Part shown: piece after piece, positions 35,401 through 48,830 of the stretch | Numbering within the stretch: position 1 is the first letter of the stretch | Layout of the letters: each line of letters opens with the position of its first letter | Source of the DNA: Botryllus schlosseri | Taxonomy: Eukaryota | Direction: 5' to 3' | DNA: 64,000 nucleotides | Assembly: GCA_051294905.1 (NCBI GenBank) | Contig: CM119385.1 | Location: 10,540,001-10,604,000 of the forward strand | Position numbers and translations under genes: made by a program | The notes under the pieces: model-generated | The model's input: the letters and a program-made list of their open reading frames with translations, nothing else | Database searches by the model: none | What the model was told of the DNA's origin: nothing

Positions 35401-38400
35401 AAAGAAAGATATCAATGCAGATGCGACGAACATATTATGGCAGACTATTGCTGGAACCTTTCCAGAAACTGTACTAAATTGCTTGCATGCGAAAATAGTA
35501 GCCTGCAACAAACAATTTTGCTTTAATATAAGTTGTTAATATTATATTCCAACTGATTATTTTGAATTTAAAATAGGTGTTTGGCATAATACTGATTCAA
35601 TTAATGCAACGTTATTTGAGTATCTAGGAAAATACTTTTATACATGATTGGAGTTTATTTATGTACAAGATATCCGTGAAAGTCTCCAACTATGATAAAT
35701 CTAATACCCCGAAATATAATTCTGTTGGTGTATTTTGATTTAAAACAGTCTTCAACGTGTAACTCTTTCAATCCCAGACCATTGTCTCTGAACACCTCGA
35801 ATTCCCGGAAAATTGCATTTAATTGGGAATTTTCTAGGATTCATAGACTCGCTAATTTTCGATCATTCGACGCGTGTGACCCATCACTATTTAGAGCGCA
35901 TCAAGACGCTATTCGCTGTATGATTTGGTATAGAATGTAAACGTTTACATTCTACAGATTTAGAAATCATTTGGAAAACTAGGTGCAGCCGTGTGGAGAG
36001 ATCTTGTGTAGGTGGATTTGCGGTGAGTAAATATTCGCTGGAGAAGTTGCGGTAAGTACGTACTTTTGGCTAATTTATTTATATGGTTATAAATTGAATA
36101 TGAAGGGTAAGATATTGCTGGTAATCATGTAAATGTTATAGAAAAAATAACGGGTAGTGTCAATCAAGTCCTATTTGTTTTGTAACTCAAAAGTAATATT
36201 GGTGCAGGTAACGCGTTGGAGTGCCTCTGAAAACGTGTATCTTCATTGTAGTTGTGAGTTGGTTTACAAGTAAGGCGGGCTTAGAGATTTGATCGGGCAG
36301 GAAAGGAAGATTTTACCATCATTATATTCTGTACTGTTTGCACTTTATTTTCATTTCATCCATCCAGTGTTCAGCTATTTCTGATTAGATGTCTACTCAA
36401 GCAAAGATCATGCTCATAGAGATGCTATTCTTCAGCAACTACCATATATACTGTATAATATACCGTAGTTATTATGCTATTTTGTTTGCTGAATTGCATA
36501 TTTGCCATTTCTTTCATTTCACCTTTCAAATTCATAATTTATATGTGCATATTGTCTTGATTTTATTAACAGGTTCTACCAATTTACTGGGTGAAACCAA
36601 ATGATGTACCGGTAAATGAAGAAGTGCGCTTTTTTTGCAACGGTGTGAAAGATTTGACTTGCGTTTCAACGTTCGGGAAATTGATGATTTGGCTCTTTTT
36701 ATGGGTCTAGCACAGAGTGGTTCCCAACCTTTTTCGACCCATCGCCCCCTTTTCAAGGTCAACACCGATCATCGCCCCCCAAATTTTGTGTACCGAAAAT
36801 TGGGCATACAAACTGTAATCACCGGCGGGTTGACTAAAAAAAATGGTCAAATTTTCAGCTCGACATCCAATTTAACACACTTCTGTAACTAAATTCCTGT
36901 GGGTTGACTACAAAAAAAAAAAGTCAGCCGTTTTGACGCGTCATCGCCCCCCTATCGCCCCTTCGCTATTTTCGCCCCCCGTCGCCCCCTTTGTCCATTT
37001 TCGCCCCCCTGTCGCCCCTTCGTCATTTTTGCCCCCTAGATCGCCAAATCGCCCCCTGGGGGGCGATATCGCCCACGTTGGGAACCACTGGTCTAGCACA
37101 AGATCAACAAGGGCAATTTTGAAATTACTGTGCTATGTATGATGTTTTTATAGTGTTCTGATGTTATTTAAAAAATATTCAATAAAGATTTCGTGAAACA
37201 CGCCTTGTGGAGACATATATAAATTGTCTAAGCAAACGCCTGGCACACCAGTGAAGGGTTTGATTGCTTCCTTGCCTTACGGCAATGTGCGAAAGCCTCC
37301 TGTCAATACGTTCTTGATATGTTGGTGCTAGCTCGGAGTATCAGATAAGATCGCATTCACTGCTGTACGAGTGTATGTCGTACTCGTACCGTACCGGTAT
37401 CCTTGCCGATCAAATCGCGTAGTTGAGAAGGTTAGCATTGTTAGGCTACCATTGTTTATTCATCAATCACATTTTATATCTGTGTTTGAGCTCACAATTG
37501 AAACATACTTTTCGGATTGATCTAAACGGCTATGCCTACTATCGTGCTATACATTATATATATATAGTATATAATATCAATTGTGCCTCGCATCGCTTCT
37601 ACCATGAAGAATAAAGTTTGGAATATTGCATTAGTGGACTTCCCCGTTATTTTTGATGCAATCAAATTCGGTGTGCAATCAAAATCGTGATGTGGTCGTC
37701 GCCCAATCATATGAGTGGGTGCGGGTATTTCTGGAAGACAATCACCCACTCATATGAGTGGGTCGGGTCTCAAAGAGTTTTAAAATAACAAGTAGCTTGA
37801 ATTACTGAAATTTATAGTACGACTGAGCCGATTTTTCTATTCAGCCCATACAACGAAAATATAGGATTTTATTTAAAATAACCCAATGGGTTATCTTCAA
37901 AACAAAAGCCAATTGGAAAAAACTACGGTTATATCTGGAATCAGTGCCTTTCAGAACCCCAAAACCACTATTACTTTGTCCGCCTAAAAACCTAATTTGG
38001 ACAAAATTTCGCCATCGTGTATGTAAATAAGGCGTTTTCGCAGATAATGTTGGAATAATTTTATTTTTCTTCATTTCTAGTGGGAGCTGTCTGTCCTTAC
38101 GAAGTAGCTTGACCCGAAATAACTTTTTGACTTTAAAATAATGGCAACTCTTAACATGTCTGCAAAGGGATATCTGCCGCTAGGAAGGCCTCAACCAACT
38201 TGCTCTTGAAGTCAGTCTTTGAACTTGCAATGGAAGGCTGTATCGGTGTCTTTGCGTCGGTAATATCCGCTACTGTAAGCAGACGTTATACTTTGCTGAC
38301 GACCGGGGGCTTTCTACTCTAAAACGCATGTCACAGTTCACGAATTGACTGCACAAGGCACGAAGCAGTTTGCCATTTGGGTGCCTGCGAAACGGTAGTG

Positions 38401-41400
38401 GAAACTCTCGCATATAAATGCAAACTTTGTTCTGGTGTGTATTTGTCAATTTCGGCATTTCGAAAAGCAAAACCGAAGCAAGAGCTGCACCTACATCAGT
38501 TGCCGCAAAATCGGGATATCACGGTTGGTTGAGCATAACACCGTGTCAATTGCCAACCTAGTTGTTTCGGTCCGTGGACAACTGGACATATGAGCATGCG
38601 ACATAATAGCATGCAACACCTCAGCATGCGACAATTGGGCGTGCGAAATTTGAGTATGTGGGTAAATGTGGGGTTAGGGCTTGGTATGGTTTAGATCAGG
38701 GGTCTCAAACTCAAATGGGCTCGCGGACCAATTTCCAAGTTTTATTTGACGCAGCGGGCCGCAGCAGAAAATAGAGGTATTATGTGTATTTCTAAGTAGA
38801 CCATATTTGACGGACCTTGCAGACTGGCATTCCATACACATCGTGAAAATGTGATTTACTATTGTGATATTTACTCTTGCCACGAAAAAGTCTTATCTTT
38901 AAACATTTGAATAACATTGTTGTTGTACTTGGTGTAATTTGTCGAAATACTGAAGAAACCGGGCGAGAAGACAAATGCATCATTCATGACATCGCAAAAA
39001 CTGTCGTGTTATAATTATGCAGCGGGCGGACATTTGAAGTGCCACAGGTAGAATATTTTAGAATGTAACAAAGATTGATTTGATATCAGAGCATTTGAGT
39101 AATGCAGCCTGATTATGGCTTCGAGCATACTTCTTGTGAGTAGACTATTGATCATGCCATTACCAAAGTCAAATTAAATCAGCGTTCGAATATTGAAACA
39201 GAACAATAACAACGTAAATGAAATAATTTTGCCATTGTAATATAAATGTCCAATCACCGAAGAGTCCATCGCTGTTACAGCTGTTGAGCGTACCCCTACT
39301 CTTTAATTGGCGATACTATCATGGATAAAGAGACCCAAGATGACCCGTGATGTAACTAACTATACATCAAGTGGGTAACAATATGCCAACGGTTGCCACA
39401 CCGACCTGGTTACATAGCTAAACGCTATAACGCAAGACGCAATACAAGCTACGACATTTTGATAAATTGCCATTCTCCATGACATTTTGATAGTATGTTG
39501 CGACCGTGGTTAAGTCACGGCGTTCCGAGTCACAAGTCCTCTGTTTGACCCGACTCGGCTCGACTCATTTTTATTTTATCAACCAGTCGGTCCAAGTTTG
39601 ACTAATTATACGAAAGGTCGCGCCGAATTCCAAATCACAATTTTCAGTCACGAATCATCAACGGGTCACGTTTTATCACCATGATCACGTAATGTGACAT
39701 AATAGCTGATCTTCCACCGCATGGTAGCTTTTGAAAGTGATGAGATAGCGAAGTTTGATGAGTAGCTTCAAGTTTTTGGAGTAGTTTTTGAGTGAATTTC
39801 AAGTTCTCAAATCAGAAACAAGACATGTGGCATTTAAATATAGTCGAATATTTTAAAATCCAAAAAGCCGACGCGGGCCTCACAAAATGGTCTCGCGGGC
39901 TGCGTGTTTGAGACCACTGGTTGGGATTGAGGGTTGGGTTAGGGTTAGGATGTATATAGCGGTTGATTTTGGGGTTAGGGTAAGTTTTGGGGTTGTGAAA
40001 ACACATGCCAAAGTGACTCATGCTAAAGTGTCGCAAAACTGATTTACTGTTTTCCATTGTGTCGCATGCCCATAAGCCAGGCAATAATTGTTTCATTTGA
40101 CCGTTTGTGATTCACAATGAACAGACAATGGGCCGTCTATGACGGTTAACCTATAAAGTAGGCTACAAGCTGTAAAATGTTAAATGTTCACCGACAGTGC
40201 GAACATCTATGACACAAACGAAATGTGGGTTGCAAAAAAATTTTGACTTCGTAAACAATTTTGACAAATTTTTGACCTAGCGCTACACTTTTGACAGAAT
40301 TTTGACATTTTTGCAATGTCATATAAAATTGCCCTATACTTATGACCAATTTTGACTTGACTCGTCATTCATCCGCGTAAACGGTGTCTTACAAAAGCCT
40401 AAAAGTGGGCCGTGTCGGCAGATACGAAATCCTAATAAAGAATATCGGCTTGTTGTAAATGACCATTGTAGCCGAGAAACAACATGAATATCACAAAACA
40501 ACGACTTGGGTAATACGCGTTTGTTATAGAAAACAATAGAAATCATCCAAGCAAGCCAACTGGTTACATGAATAGCTGCGCACAAAATAACACTGGTCAA
40601 CACACATTTTAGTGCCAAGAAAGTTTCAACGGTTTAAGGGTAATTGCGTGTCGCTGAATCCAAAAATGACATTAGTTTTTTTTCGAAATGGCTCTATTTT
40701 TCGAGATATTCTATATTTTAGTTTTAAAAAATGCTAAAAATATCCAATTTTGACGTAGGTAAAATTATTCACTTTTTCTACAACTTTGATGAGTCTACAT
40801 ATGTCTTCAAGCATATACATACCGCATGCTATTAGTTCTGAAGCGATATCGCTAAACACGCAATCGTTAACACGGAGAGCCTTCTAAACGGGAATCATGT
40901 TTCATGTGAAGATCAAGCCAAAATTAGGCGACAGCAGTAAACAAAAGCAGCTGACGTCAAGCACAAGCACTGCTTTTAGTAACGCTCAAAGTACATTTAG
41001 TAGGGTGTCAAAGCACCTTATACAACTATAGAAACACGCATTAGCTACATAGCTATAAAATGAGATATTGATGTCATGTGATAACTGAAGGGAGTGCTCG
41101 ACACTTTACATGTGGTTAACAATACAATGAGACTGCAGATTATCGGAATGATGCTTCTACTGTTACCCTCCTATCGCCTGGCTTACTGTGTCATGCTGTA
41201 CAATGTACATGTACAGTTTGCATAAAGCTGAGGAAATCACTCATAACGGTAGAGGTATACAGTACAGCAACATACTGTCACGGGCTGCAGCCCTGCAGCT
41301 AAATAACTTGGGCTGTCCAAAATGGAGTGTTTTCAATGTCTTGTTTCCGATGTCATGTGATGCTAGAATAGCAAATAGACAAAGTTGAATATCTGCTCCA

Positions 41401-44400
41401 GAATAAGTATTGCATTGGCTTAATAAGAGACATTTCCAATATGCATGTTACTGATACTTCTGTTCGCATTTGGCAGTTACTAAAATAAACGTTTTTTCGT
41501 GTTTTTTTTAAATAAAAAACATCAATATCTCAAAAAATAGAGCTAATTCAATGAAACGAATGTCATTTTCGGAATCAGCAGCCCCAAAATATCCTAAAAC
41601 CATTAAAATATCGCTGGCACTCGAATTTGTTTTTTGGTGACCAGTGTAATAAATTCATATCGTAAATTAAGAATTGTCTTATATTTCATTGTTTTAAAAA
41701 TGTTTTGAGGGCTCGGGTCAATATGGTGTGAGCTGCGGCGTATACGGTCCGTAATATTAAATCATTTCGATTTGGTGAGTTAGCGCAATCCAGAAAGCTG
41801 GATACGGCATTGGTGGGGGCAATGGGGTGATTCAAAATATTTTACGCTCAATTATAGATGCATCTTGGATGAAACTTTCCGAATCGAGAATTTCACCGGC
41901 TATCGCAGTGATCCGCACGCGGCCTACTTCAGTTTTGAATCATTTACATTCAAGTCGTATCCTGGACAGGTTGTACATTTATTCAATCTGAATTATTTCC
42001 ACGTGATTATAACTGACAGTAGTAGCATATACCAGCGACGTCTTCTTGCTTGACCTCGAGTCACGAGCCGACGAGAACGATATTATTTTTCTATAGAGAA
42101 ATATAAATCCTATATTTCCAGTTTGCAATGGTAATCCCGTATCATATCTACCATCGTGTTACGATAGGTTGAATTAAATATGCACGGTATGCTAAACATA
42201 GACGACCGCAATACTTTGTTGATCAAATGAAAAAATGCTGACATGAAGCACATCTCCGCTAAACTTGGGATTTTATTATTATTATATGTTCCTTGAAGCT
42301 GTCACCAGACATCACATGTCGAGCATGTGTGACATTATTAGGGCCTACCCGACCGCGATATTGTGTCATCACTCCAATAACCAGTAGGGCTGGGCACAAT
42401 GTTTCAAGTATACTCGAACATGAATCAAGTATTAATTCTAATGATTCAAGTCGTGCAGTGGGAGATGATATTTTCGAGTACTGAAACCATACGTTTCTTG
42501 CCACTGATAATTAATTTATAAACGAAAATTGTAGTATCGATGATATTTTCCACTATGGAAGCTTGCAAGTGGAATTGCATTTAAAACAAGAATCAATTAA
42601 AAACAAACATGTTTAAAAAAAGGCCCTAATTTAAAACATGTTTTTTAAATGTTTTTTAAAGCCACGAAGTCACGAATATTCAATTGTGACGTCATAATGG
42701 ATTTACATAGACAATTGAAATACAAATGAAATATAGCTCCTTAACGAAATATCTGTACTATAACTGTTGAGGGTTCCAACCATCCCATATCCATATACGT
42801 CGGCTAAATCGGTTTGTAATTGTCTGTAGGCTCATACTGCATGTTTTTTGGAAAATATTTACACAATTATGGAATTTTTTGAAAGGCTCTGGTTTCAAAC
42901 ACTGTTTTAAACAAAGTGTTTTAAATCACCGTTTGTTTTAAATGCAACCCTACTTGCAAGCCTCTATTGCTCTCGTATCGCTGCATGCGAAACTCGGAAA
43001 GCTACGGACGATAGTGGCAAGAACATTTCTGTAAAGTCGTGATCAGTACACTTTCATCATCGCCACAAGACGCAATGAAATGGGCACGATTGGAAATGTG
43101 TTCGTGCGATCGAGACGACAGGTTTCGCGTCGGCGGCACAGGCCGTTCACCCTTTCATTTGTGCGCCTATATAGGAGTAGACTTTTATCAAAATAAACTT
43201 CAACCTAGTTTGTGCCAACAGAAAGAGCTCGTGTTCCATCTAAACATAGTACATTGCGTTTGAGCGATCTCATTGCCTCGATTATATTAGAAATTTAATG
43301 ACGGTGACGTCGTATTTGGTGATACGATTGCTTTGTGATTTTCAATGTCCTCTCCAATTCTTAACTATAATTACTGACGAGTGTCAGCCAAAAACACTCG
43401 GGTTTATTTCAATATGAATACATCACTCATTAGGGTTGCCATATTTTGGAAGCGGGAAAGGAGGACACTTTTTCCAAATTATCAAACTTGTAATACTCGA
43501 GTAAATTCAGGAAAAAAGGGTAAATTTTACACGACATGGTGGTTGGTCGACTAAATAAAGGTCAACTTTCTGGCTCCACTCCAGAAATACAGTTTTTCTT
43601 TCACAATTTACGTTGTTTGACTTTAAAAAAAAGTCGTCACTTTCGTTCGAACCACGAATTTCCTATTTAGCGTAATTTATGCCCATTTTCACTCGATTCT
43701 ATCCACTATCTTAGCTCTAAAATCTGTAAAGGAGGACGAATTGCCAAAAGGGAGGACATTTAGGCGTCCTCGGAGGACATTTTCAAAAAGGAGGACGTAT
43801 GGTAACCCGAACTCCATTATAAATCTCAAATTATCTTTAATGTGATGTAAAACTGTGGTACATTTGAACTTTCTGCACCTGTGATTCCCACGCACAGTAA
43901 TGAGATCGTCAGTTGTGCCGCGAACCTTTTGGAATTTTGGAGAACTGTATTAATATTTAAAATTGTTGTTGTTTGAGCTACTCGTGGTGTTTGTCGACTA
44001 ATATGGTCATTTAGACCGGGCCACTATAGTTAATATTTATTCCGTGGCTGCGATTGTAGCACGACCTACTTCTAGGCTTTTTGTAAGACACCGCTTACAC
44101 GGATGAGATGGCAAGGAGCAGCCTAGATAATCCTCCAACACTTTATGACCTCGGCCGGACTCACCCGCAACCCATTGGCGTTGAAGCTGTGGATTATACC
44201 ATAACGCTGTCTCGCCACTCACCATCACACGTTGCTTGAAAGTGCCCCAACTGCTTAATAGCTGTAAATGTCTACATGTGACCATGACCATGAAACCAAT
44301 CATGACCTTGCCGATATGGGTAGGCTAATTGACAAGTTATAGTTGGGCTGCTATGTCTCGAATAAAGTCTTTGATTCGATTCTCACTTGCCTGGACTTCC

Positions 44401-46082
44401 CAGAATTAGTTCTTGAGAACTTAAGATGGAAGCAATGTATTAAGCAATCTTTTGCAGAAGATGAACGACTCATTTATTTGCGAAATGCCAAATTTTTACG
44501 TTGTTTCCACAAAAGAGGAATTCTGACTGTATCCTTCCAAATCCTATTTCATGATAGGTGCAAAAGCAATTGAAATTTTATTTTTATTTGCACCTTCGTG
44601 GCTATTTCTGCTTTGACTGAAATTAAAAGCTGTAAGCGAAAGGTATACTATAGGTATTGACGACGGGGCGTGTGGGTATATATTTGTCGTCAATGCAACG
44701 CTGTTTTAGTCGTATATACGTTCGTATAAAGCAGCGTATCATAAACACGTCAAAATATTTTTCGAAGCAACATTTGGTAAGTGTGCCGCGAGTTTTTTAT
44801 AAGTTTTCTAGTGTGCCACAAGCCGAAAAAGTTTGGGAACCACTGTTCTACACCTTTCATACTGTTATGACGTCACAACGAGTGATACTCGAATAATCGG
44901 CTCGACTGGAAGTCTATCACCACAATAAATTTTGCGATATGCAAGTCCTTTGTTTTCGCAAGGTTCGTGGACGACTTCAGTTATCACCCTTGCGTACTCC
45001 GTAGTCCCACTCTTAATTCACTCTCTCTCTCGCGCGCTCTTGTCGATGGTCGGATCGTGACTGCTGTGACTACCGCGGGGTTGGCAATAATTGGGCCACG
45101 CCTTTATGTTTGGTTTTATAATCGTGATACCTTGCCTATTCCATAATTCTGAAAAAGGATGTCGAGCGAAAATGTTTGCTCGCCACTGGTATACAGGAAT
45201 CTTAGTTCTAAACAGGGATATCTAGAACTAGATATCCCTGGTTCTAAACTAGGATTACCACTTACCATATGTCCTCTATTAAGAGGATTTGTCCTATTCT
45301 TTCAATAAATTAAAAGTGTCCTCGGAGGACGCCGAAATGCCCTCTTTTTAAGAATTTGTCCTCTTTTTCTGATCAAAGTATTAAAATGCCATTAAAAACT
45401 CGACATCCACGCAGCGAACGTCAGAGTTTCGTAAAAATATGGGGCAAACGGAGGTCGAGTCGAAGTGATGACCTTTTTTTAGTCAACACAGGTACTATTG
45501 GTCGAAAACTTTTAAAATTAACCATTTTCCTTTCCGGTATTACAGCTGTCAGAGTCTTTAAAAAGTGCCTTCTCTTTCGGATCTCAAAATATGGTAACCT
45601 TATTCTAAACAGTGTTCAAAATTTGTTTTTTCAACGGTTTCACACTTATTACATTCAAGATGCATCTGTACTGCACAAGTCGCGTCTGTTTAACCAAGAG
45701 CATAAAGTCGGAAAACCCCGATGATTGCGCAATCACTTGTCAGAAGGCTGGTGTGAGTATACCTATATTCTTCGCGAGAGTCTATACTGCAAACTGCTAT
45801 ATGAAAGAATTCTTCTGATTGGATATAGTAATGCATATAGACTACACTACGCGCTTAATGGCAGCGGAACTAATCATCCTATATGAGGGACGTTTCTACT
45901 ATAATTCGCATCGGCTTATTATATTGATATATTACACAAGGCAATTAATATATTCACAGAAAGACGTCACAATTGGGCCTATCGAACAAACGGTACCTAG
46001 TACTGTTGCGGCGTATTTGGATGACTTGATCGAAAGAAAAGATGGACCAAGCGTTAAAGTGTTTACCCCATCGCCCCTATAA
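14460..46082 (+). CDS. Gene B: secreted Ig-like + 6 EGF + ZP domain protein (multi-exon)
   Basis: Exons assembled by eye: 14460-14532 (signal peptide), 14599-14623, 14688-14789, 14861-15042, 15916-15979, 16041-16177, 16471-16619, ~18417/18437-18632, 22859-23004, 23072-23174, 23518-23705, 25792-25899, 25955-26094, 28443-28500, 33836-33960, 41858-41969, 45660-45752, 45960-46082. All phases are compatible except the 16619/18417 junction, which is unresolved. The 3' end is tentative. Confidence 0.85.
14688..15042 (+). CDS. Gene B Ig-like domain exons
   Basis: GDTVILRCEF...W and DRANYTC show the canonical Ig C-W-(D-x-x-x-Y-x-C) pattern. Confidence 0.9.
15916..23174 (+). CDS. Gene B EGF-like repeat exons (six modules, the last two resembling cbEGF)
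   Basis: Six-cysteine spacing, e.g. CLRSPCLNGGHC...CKCATGFNGTLC and NECANSNTCKGHGSCVD...CNC...GTNC. Confidence 0.9.
20116..20630. mobile_element. hAT-type MITE nested in another repeat
   Basis: TIRs are TAGGGCTGGGCAAAAT/ATTTTGCCCAGCCCTA with a perfect TSD GTTATCTC. Confidence 0.9.
23518..45752 (+). CDS. Gene B zona pellucida (ZP-N and ZP-C) exons
   Basis: ZP-N motifs: VTCGGRSM, YDDCGT, VIYRN, FDMECRLP. ZP-C motifs: VGDRLYVK, CYAAP, YTLIENGC-ILDETF, FSFESFTF, LYCTSRVC...CAITC. Confidence 0.9.
24860..25799 (+). repeat. Local tandem duplication in a gene B intron that copies a splice acceptor
   Basis: 24860-25050 resembles 25518-25690, and 25395-25509 resembles 25690-25799. Both copies end ATCGAAGCTTTTATCATTTAG-TATGGCGA. 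Confidence 0.85.
29404..29622 (+). repeat. 5' LTR of element 2
   Basis: Direct repeat of 33356-33574, with AATAAA at 29552-29557. Confidence 0.97.
29659..30576 (+). CDS. gag: Element 2 gag
   Basis: RDALITGLRS motif and a double zinc knuckle (CLFCGGFH...C, CSRCGRRGHFAKVC); homologous to element 1 gag. Confidence 0.93.
   Translation: MTFSQEKYIRVPVLDLLPSSQDSSKVFNHWDKMLSSFISAAESSLPSTSSTDTGQESSSGRPGAVLDKLAILIGYVSPSVYALIEDHGTFESAMAHLTKLYRKKKNITYARHLLATAKQDSGETVADFSQKLMALSRDCDFEAVNAEVHKMEAVRDALITGLRSSGIRLRLLEHDELTLEKAMQIADSLERAQAFSSSYEISPPTANMVPGNQEMQKTSHTPDQSPVLSCSSELAALQKSPEKKKCLFCGGFHTMLRKFCPARNSECSRCGRRGHFAKVCKFNLASLAGVPGSLRRSFDVGSFCC
30557..33322 (+). pseudogene. pol: Element 2 pol (PR-RT-RH-IN) with one internal stop
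   Basis: Motifs LVDSGA, SPWRAQVLV, AYLDN, CDAS/EKE/TDQ, HPGIRRL...CQLC, IDFKGP and HSDRG. TGA at 32402-32404 replaces the Trp of RPWER, and RNase H has an in-frame deletion of about 8 codons. Confidence 0.93.
33356..33574 (+). repeat. 3' LTR of element 2
   Basis: 217/219 identical to the 5' LTR; AATAAA reads CATAAA here. Confidence 0.97.
34515..34562. repeat. (TTGATAATA)n tandem repeat
   Basis: About 5 copies of a 9-bp unit. Confidence 0.95.
34584..35460 (+). mobile_element. Decayed DNA transposon transposase remnant, CMC/Chapaev3-like
   Basis: Broken frames LKSGIFDGHQIR, NFL...LGANMSIK...SHLD, GERFHQ and MADYCW. The left end resembles TTA-CACTGGTCAAC. The family name is from memory and should be verified. 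Confidence 0.6.
36713..37090. mobile_element. hAT MITE with internal ATCGCCCCC repeats
   Basis: TIR GTGGTTCCCAAC with a perfect TSD GTCTAGCA. Confidence 0.9.
40591..41646. mobile_element. Non-autonomous Chapaev3-like element
   Basis: Ends are CACTGGTCA...TGACCAGTG with a 3-bp TSD TAA. The subterminal GCTGAATCC/GGAATCAGC motifs resemble those of the 34.6-kb remnant. Confidence 0.7.
43345..43415 (+). repeat. Third, degenerate copy of the 512-863 hammerhead-like repeat family
   Basis: CTGACGAGTGTCAGCCAAAAACACTCGGGTTTATTTCAATAT aligns to 800-841. Confidence 0.7.
44030..44222 (-). mobile_element. tRNA-derived SINE (copy 1)
   Basis: Aligns with 48640-48830 and has a decayed tRNA-like head. Confidence 0.7.
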
Positions 46083-46299
46083 TGTGTACGTGGCTATATA
46101 GTATGCACACGTATCGAAATATGCGCTATCGCGTCCAATAAATTTCGATTTTTATATTCCACAGTTATGTCCTATACCTTTTTGTTAGATAGGTATCAAT
46201 TCAACACAAATGCATATCCAGACTTGAACGGGGAGAGGGTCAGCGGGGCTAGTATATCGTCTTACTTCTGTCTTCTAAACGTTTTTCATTGCTCTAGAC

Positions 46300-46764
46300 C
46301 AGGGGCGGGCAACTTCTCCAGTCGGCGGGCCGGATATGGGAAAATGAAGTAGTTGACGGGCTAGATTCATGGATCCATACATTAATCACGGATATATCCG
46401 CCTATACATAGAATAAATCATATTTAATGTAAACCTTAAGTTAATTTTAAAACATAGACACCAAAAACAGTGTTCAATGAATTTTATGTAATGTACTTCG
46501 ATAGCTGCTGAAGTCAATGAGACATCTGCGGTCGATCAAAGTTTTCAACGTGTTCTCTGAACTCTGCCTGTTTCTGTCGGACGTATTAAATACTACACGT
46601 AAACATCAATCAGATTGTAACGCAGCCTTTATTGTTAATGTTCATGTTCGAAAATGTTTGCTCGCAAATGTATGTAGACCCGCGGGCCACATCATCAAGT
46701 AAGACCGGAAAGCGTCTGCGGGCCGCTCAAAATCCCGTCGCGGGTCGTATGTTGCCCGCCCCTG
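46300..46764. mobile_element. hAT (Charlie-like) MITE
   Basis: Perfect 14-bp TIR CAGGGGCGGGCAAC and perfect TSD CTCTAGAC. Confidence 0.95.
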
Positions 46765-48639
46765 CTCTAGACGCTAGTTGCCAAGTCATTTTGTCCTAAT
46801 ATTACATCTGCTTCGTATTTTGACAGCCAAATTAGCTAAAATTTGCATTTCATAGTACGTATTCCGAGAGTGAAGTATCGTTTTGGAAGTTGAATCTTCA
46901 TCAATGTAATTATTTGTTTGAGTTTGTTTGAGTTGAATTGAGTGTTGCTTGAGCCCAAGTAACGACCGATTTGAGAGTTTTATGAAGTATCAGATGGATA
47001 TTATGGATCGATTTGTGTCATGTCAACCGTTGAATACTCATAAGCGCTCGACAACATGGCTGCCGCCCGATGGCCGACAATCTCGGATTGCGGTTTCCAA
47101 ACAGTACATTTGGTATCAACATAGCGATCAGTGACGATTGCCAGCACAATTTTGAATGTTGGCTAGTGTTACTGAAAATTGAAATTCCACCAATCACTGC
47201 CGCGAAAAGCTTAGCAAAGCTATATTATTGTCTGCTTACTTCGAGTATATACTTTCACAATATACCGTATATTACTCCTATTTTAAGACGTTTTGTTCTG
47301 TCTTAGAAAATCAATATTTGTCGGACTTACCTCAGTTACGATTCTGTTCACGTGAATCACGTCATGATATCAAAATTGAGCTTTATTAGAAGATGCACGA
47401 TTGCATCAAAACCAAATGCTTTATGATTAGTTTCCCTGAAACAGGGAGCTCTAATTGAGAACAACACTTGAAAGGCAGAATGATGTTGCAGACGGAAAAT
47501 GGCATAATAACCTCGGCTACATATAGAGTATGCAGTTCAGTTCAATTCAATCTATTAACAATTTTACCGGATCAATACATAACAAGATTGCGACATAATG
47601 AAAGACAGGAAGGCGTCGAAACGATTTGGAGAGTCTTTGCATATATTAATAACTCTGCCGATGAATTGTCAAATGATGAAAGTGTGCGAATAATCCGCTC
47701 ACGAACAAGTCCCAAATCCATATACCGCAGATTCAAGTCAATGGTTCCAGTTATTAAATAGATATTAAATATTCCTTGTAGTTCCAGGTTGTAGAATATT
47801 TGCAGAAGTAGCGTAAGCTACATTACTTCATGCCTGAGTAAGATTCTCTTGTAATAGGCCTACTACAGATATCTCACAATCTGTAGTGTTTAGAAGCTGT
47901 ATGATATTTGTTTTCAGCAAGTTCTAAACATTTTGGTGGTGGAATCAGGACCAATGTTCCCTCTAATTTTTCACGAGTCTGCGCAAGCACTCCAACTCAC
48001 TGCGCGGCCCCTTGGGCAACAGTGCGTGACACCAGACATGCGTGTATCCATTCAAGTTCCATGATTTAATGATAGAATCAAATTACAGCATTTACCTTTC
48101 GTTTCATTACATGACACCAGCTAATCACATTATGAGAGAAGAGGGGGAACTGCGCTAGAAACATGATGTGGTCCCAACTTGAAGTAAAGTCATTGAAACC
48201 ATTTTTATCAAAACGCCACCGTATTCGAAGTGCATCTGAAAGATTTTCAAAATATGCACCATAACACACGTGCGACTCTGTGGTGTTGCAATGGGTTAAG
48301 AAGCAATGACACGCGATGACGTTAAACCTCGATATCACGTATATTGCACGTGTGCTATGTGGTGCATATTTTGAAAGTCCTTTTAGGTGCAGTTCGAATA
48401 CGGTGGCATTCTGAAGTAAATGACTTCTGCCAAAATGTGTCACTTTGTGGCATGCTGCAAACGTACCAGAAACAAATTTCTTTCGTGAGGAGCGCACGAT
48501 TACATGTTGGTATTTATTATATAGGGCACATCATTTTCTTCTTTTGTTTCATCTGACGTTGTTGTTGTTTTTGTTATTGTTGTGTTTCATATTCATGGTG
48601 TTTCGACTACATTGGTCATTTTACACCAGGCCGACATTC

Positions 48640-48830
48640 TTCATTATCATTCCGTAGCACGGTCCACTTCTAGGCTTAAGACACTGGTTACGTGTGTCAG
48701 ATGGCGACGAGGAGCCTAGATAGACCTCCAACACTTGGGTAGGAATTCTGAAGTCGACCTCGGTCGTACTCGAACCCGCAATCCATTCCTGTTGCAGCTG
48801 TGGAACGTACCACTACGCTATCTCGCCACC
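48640..48830 (-). mobile_element. tRNA-derived SINE (copy 2)
   Basis: A box TAGCGTAGTGG and B box GGTTCGAGTAC on the minus strand; 3' body shared with copy 1. Confidence 0.8.

Noticed and set aside
39925-39995. Interstitial telomere-like GGGTTA repeats
   Set aside because: They are few, degenerate and embedded in a dispersed repeat (similar tract at 22360-22430), not a true array.
46949-47761. Short ORFs vaguely like a LINE endonuclease-RT linker
   Set aside because: No diagnostic motif was seen, so the evidence is too weak to annotate.
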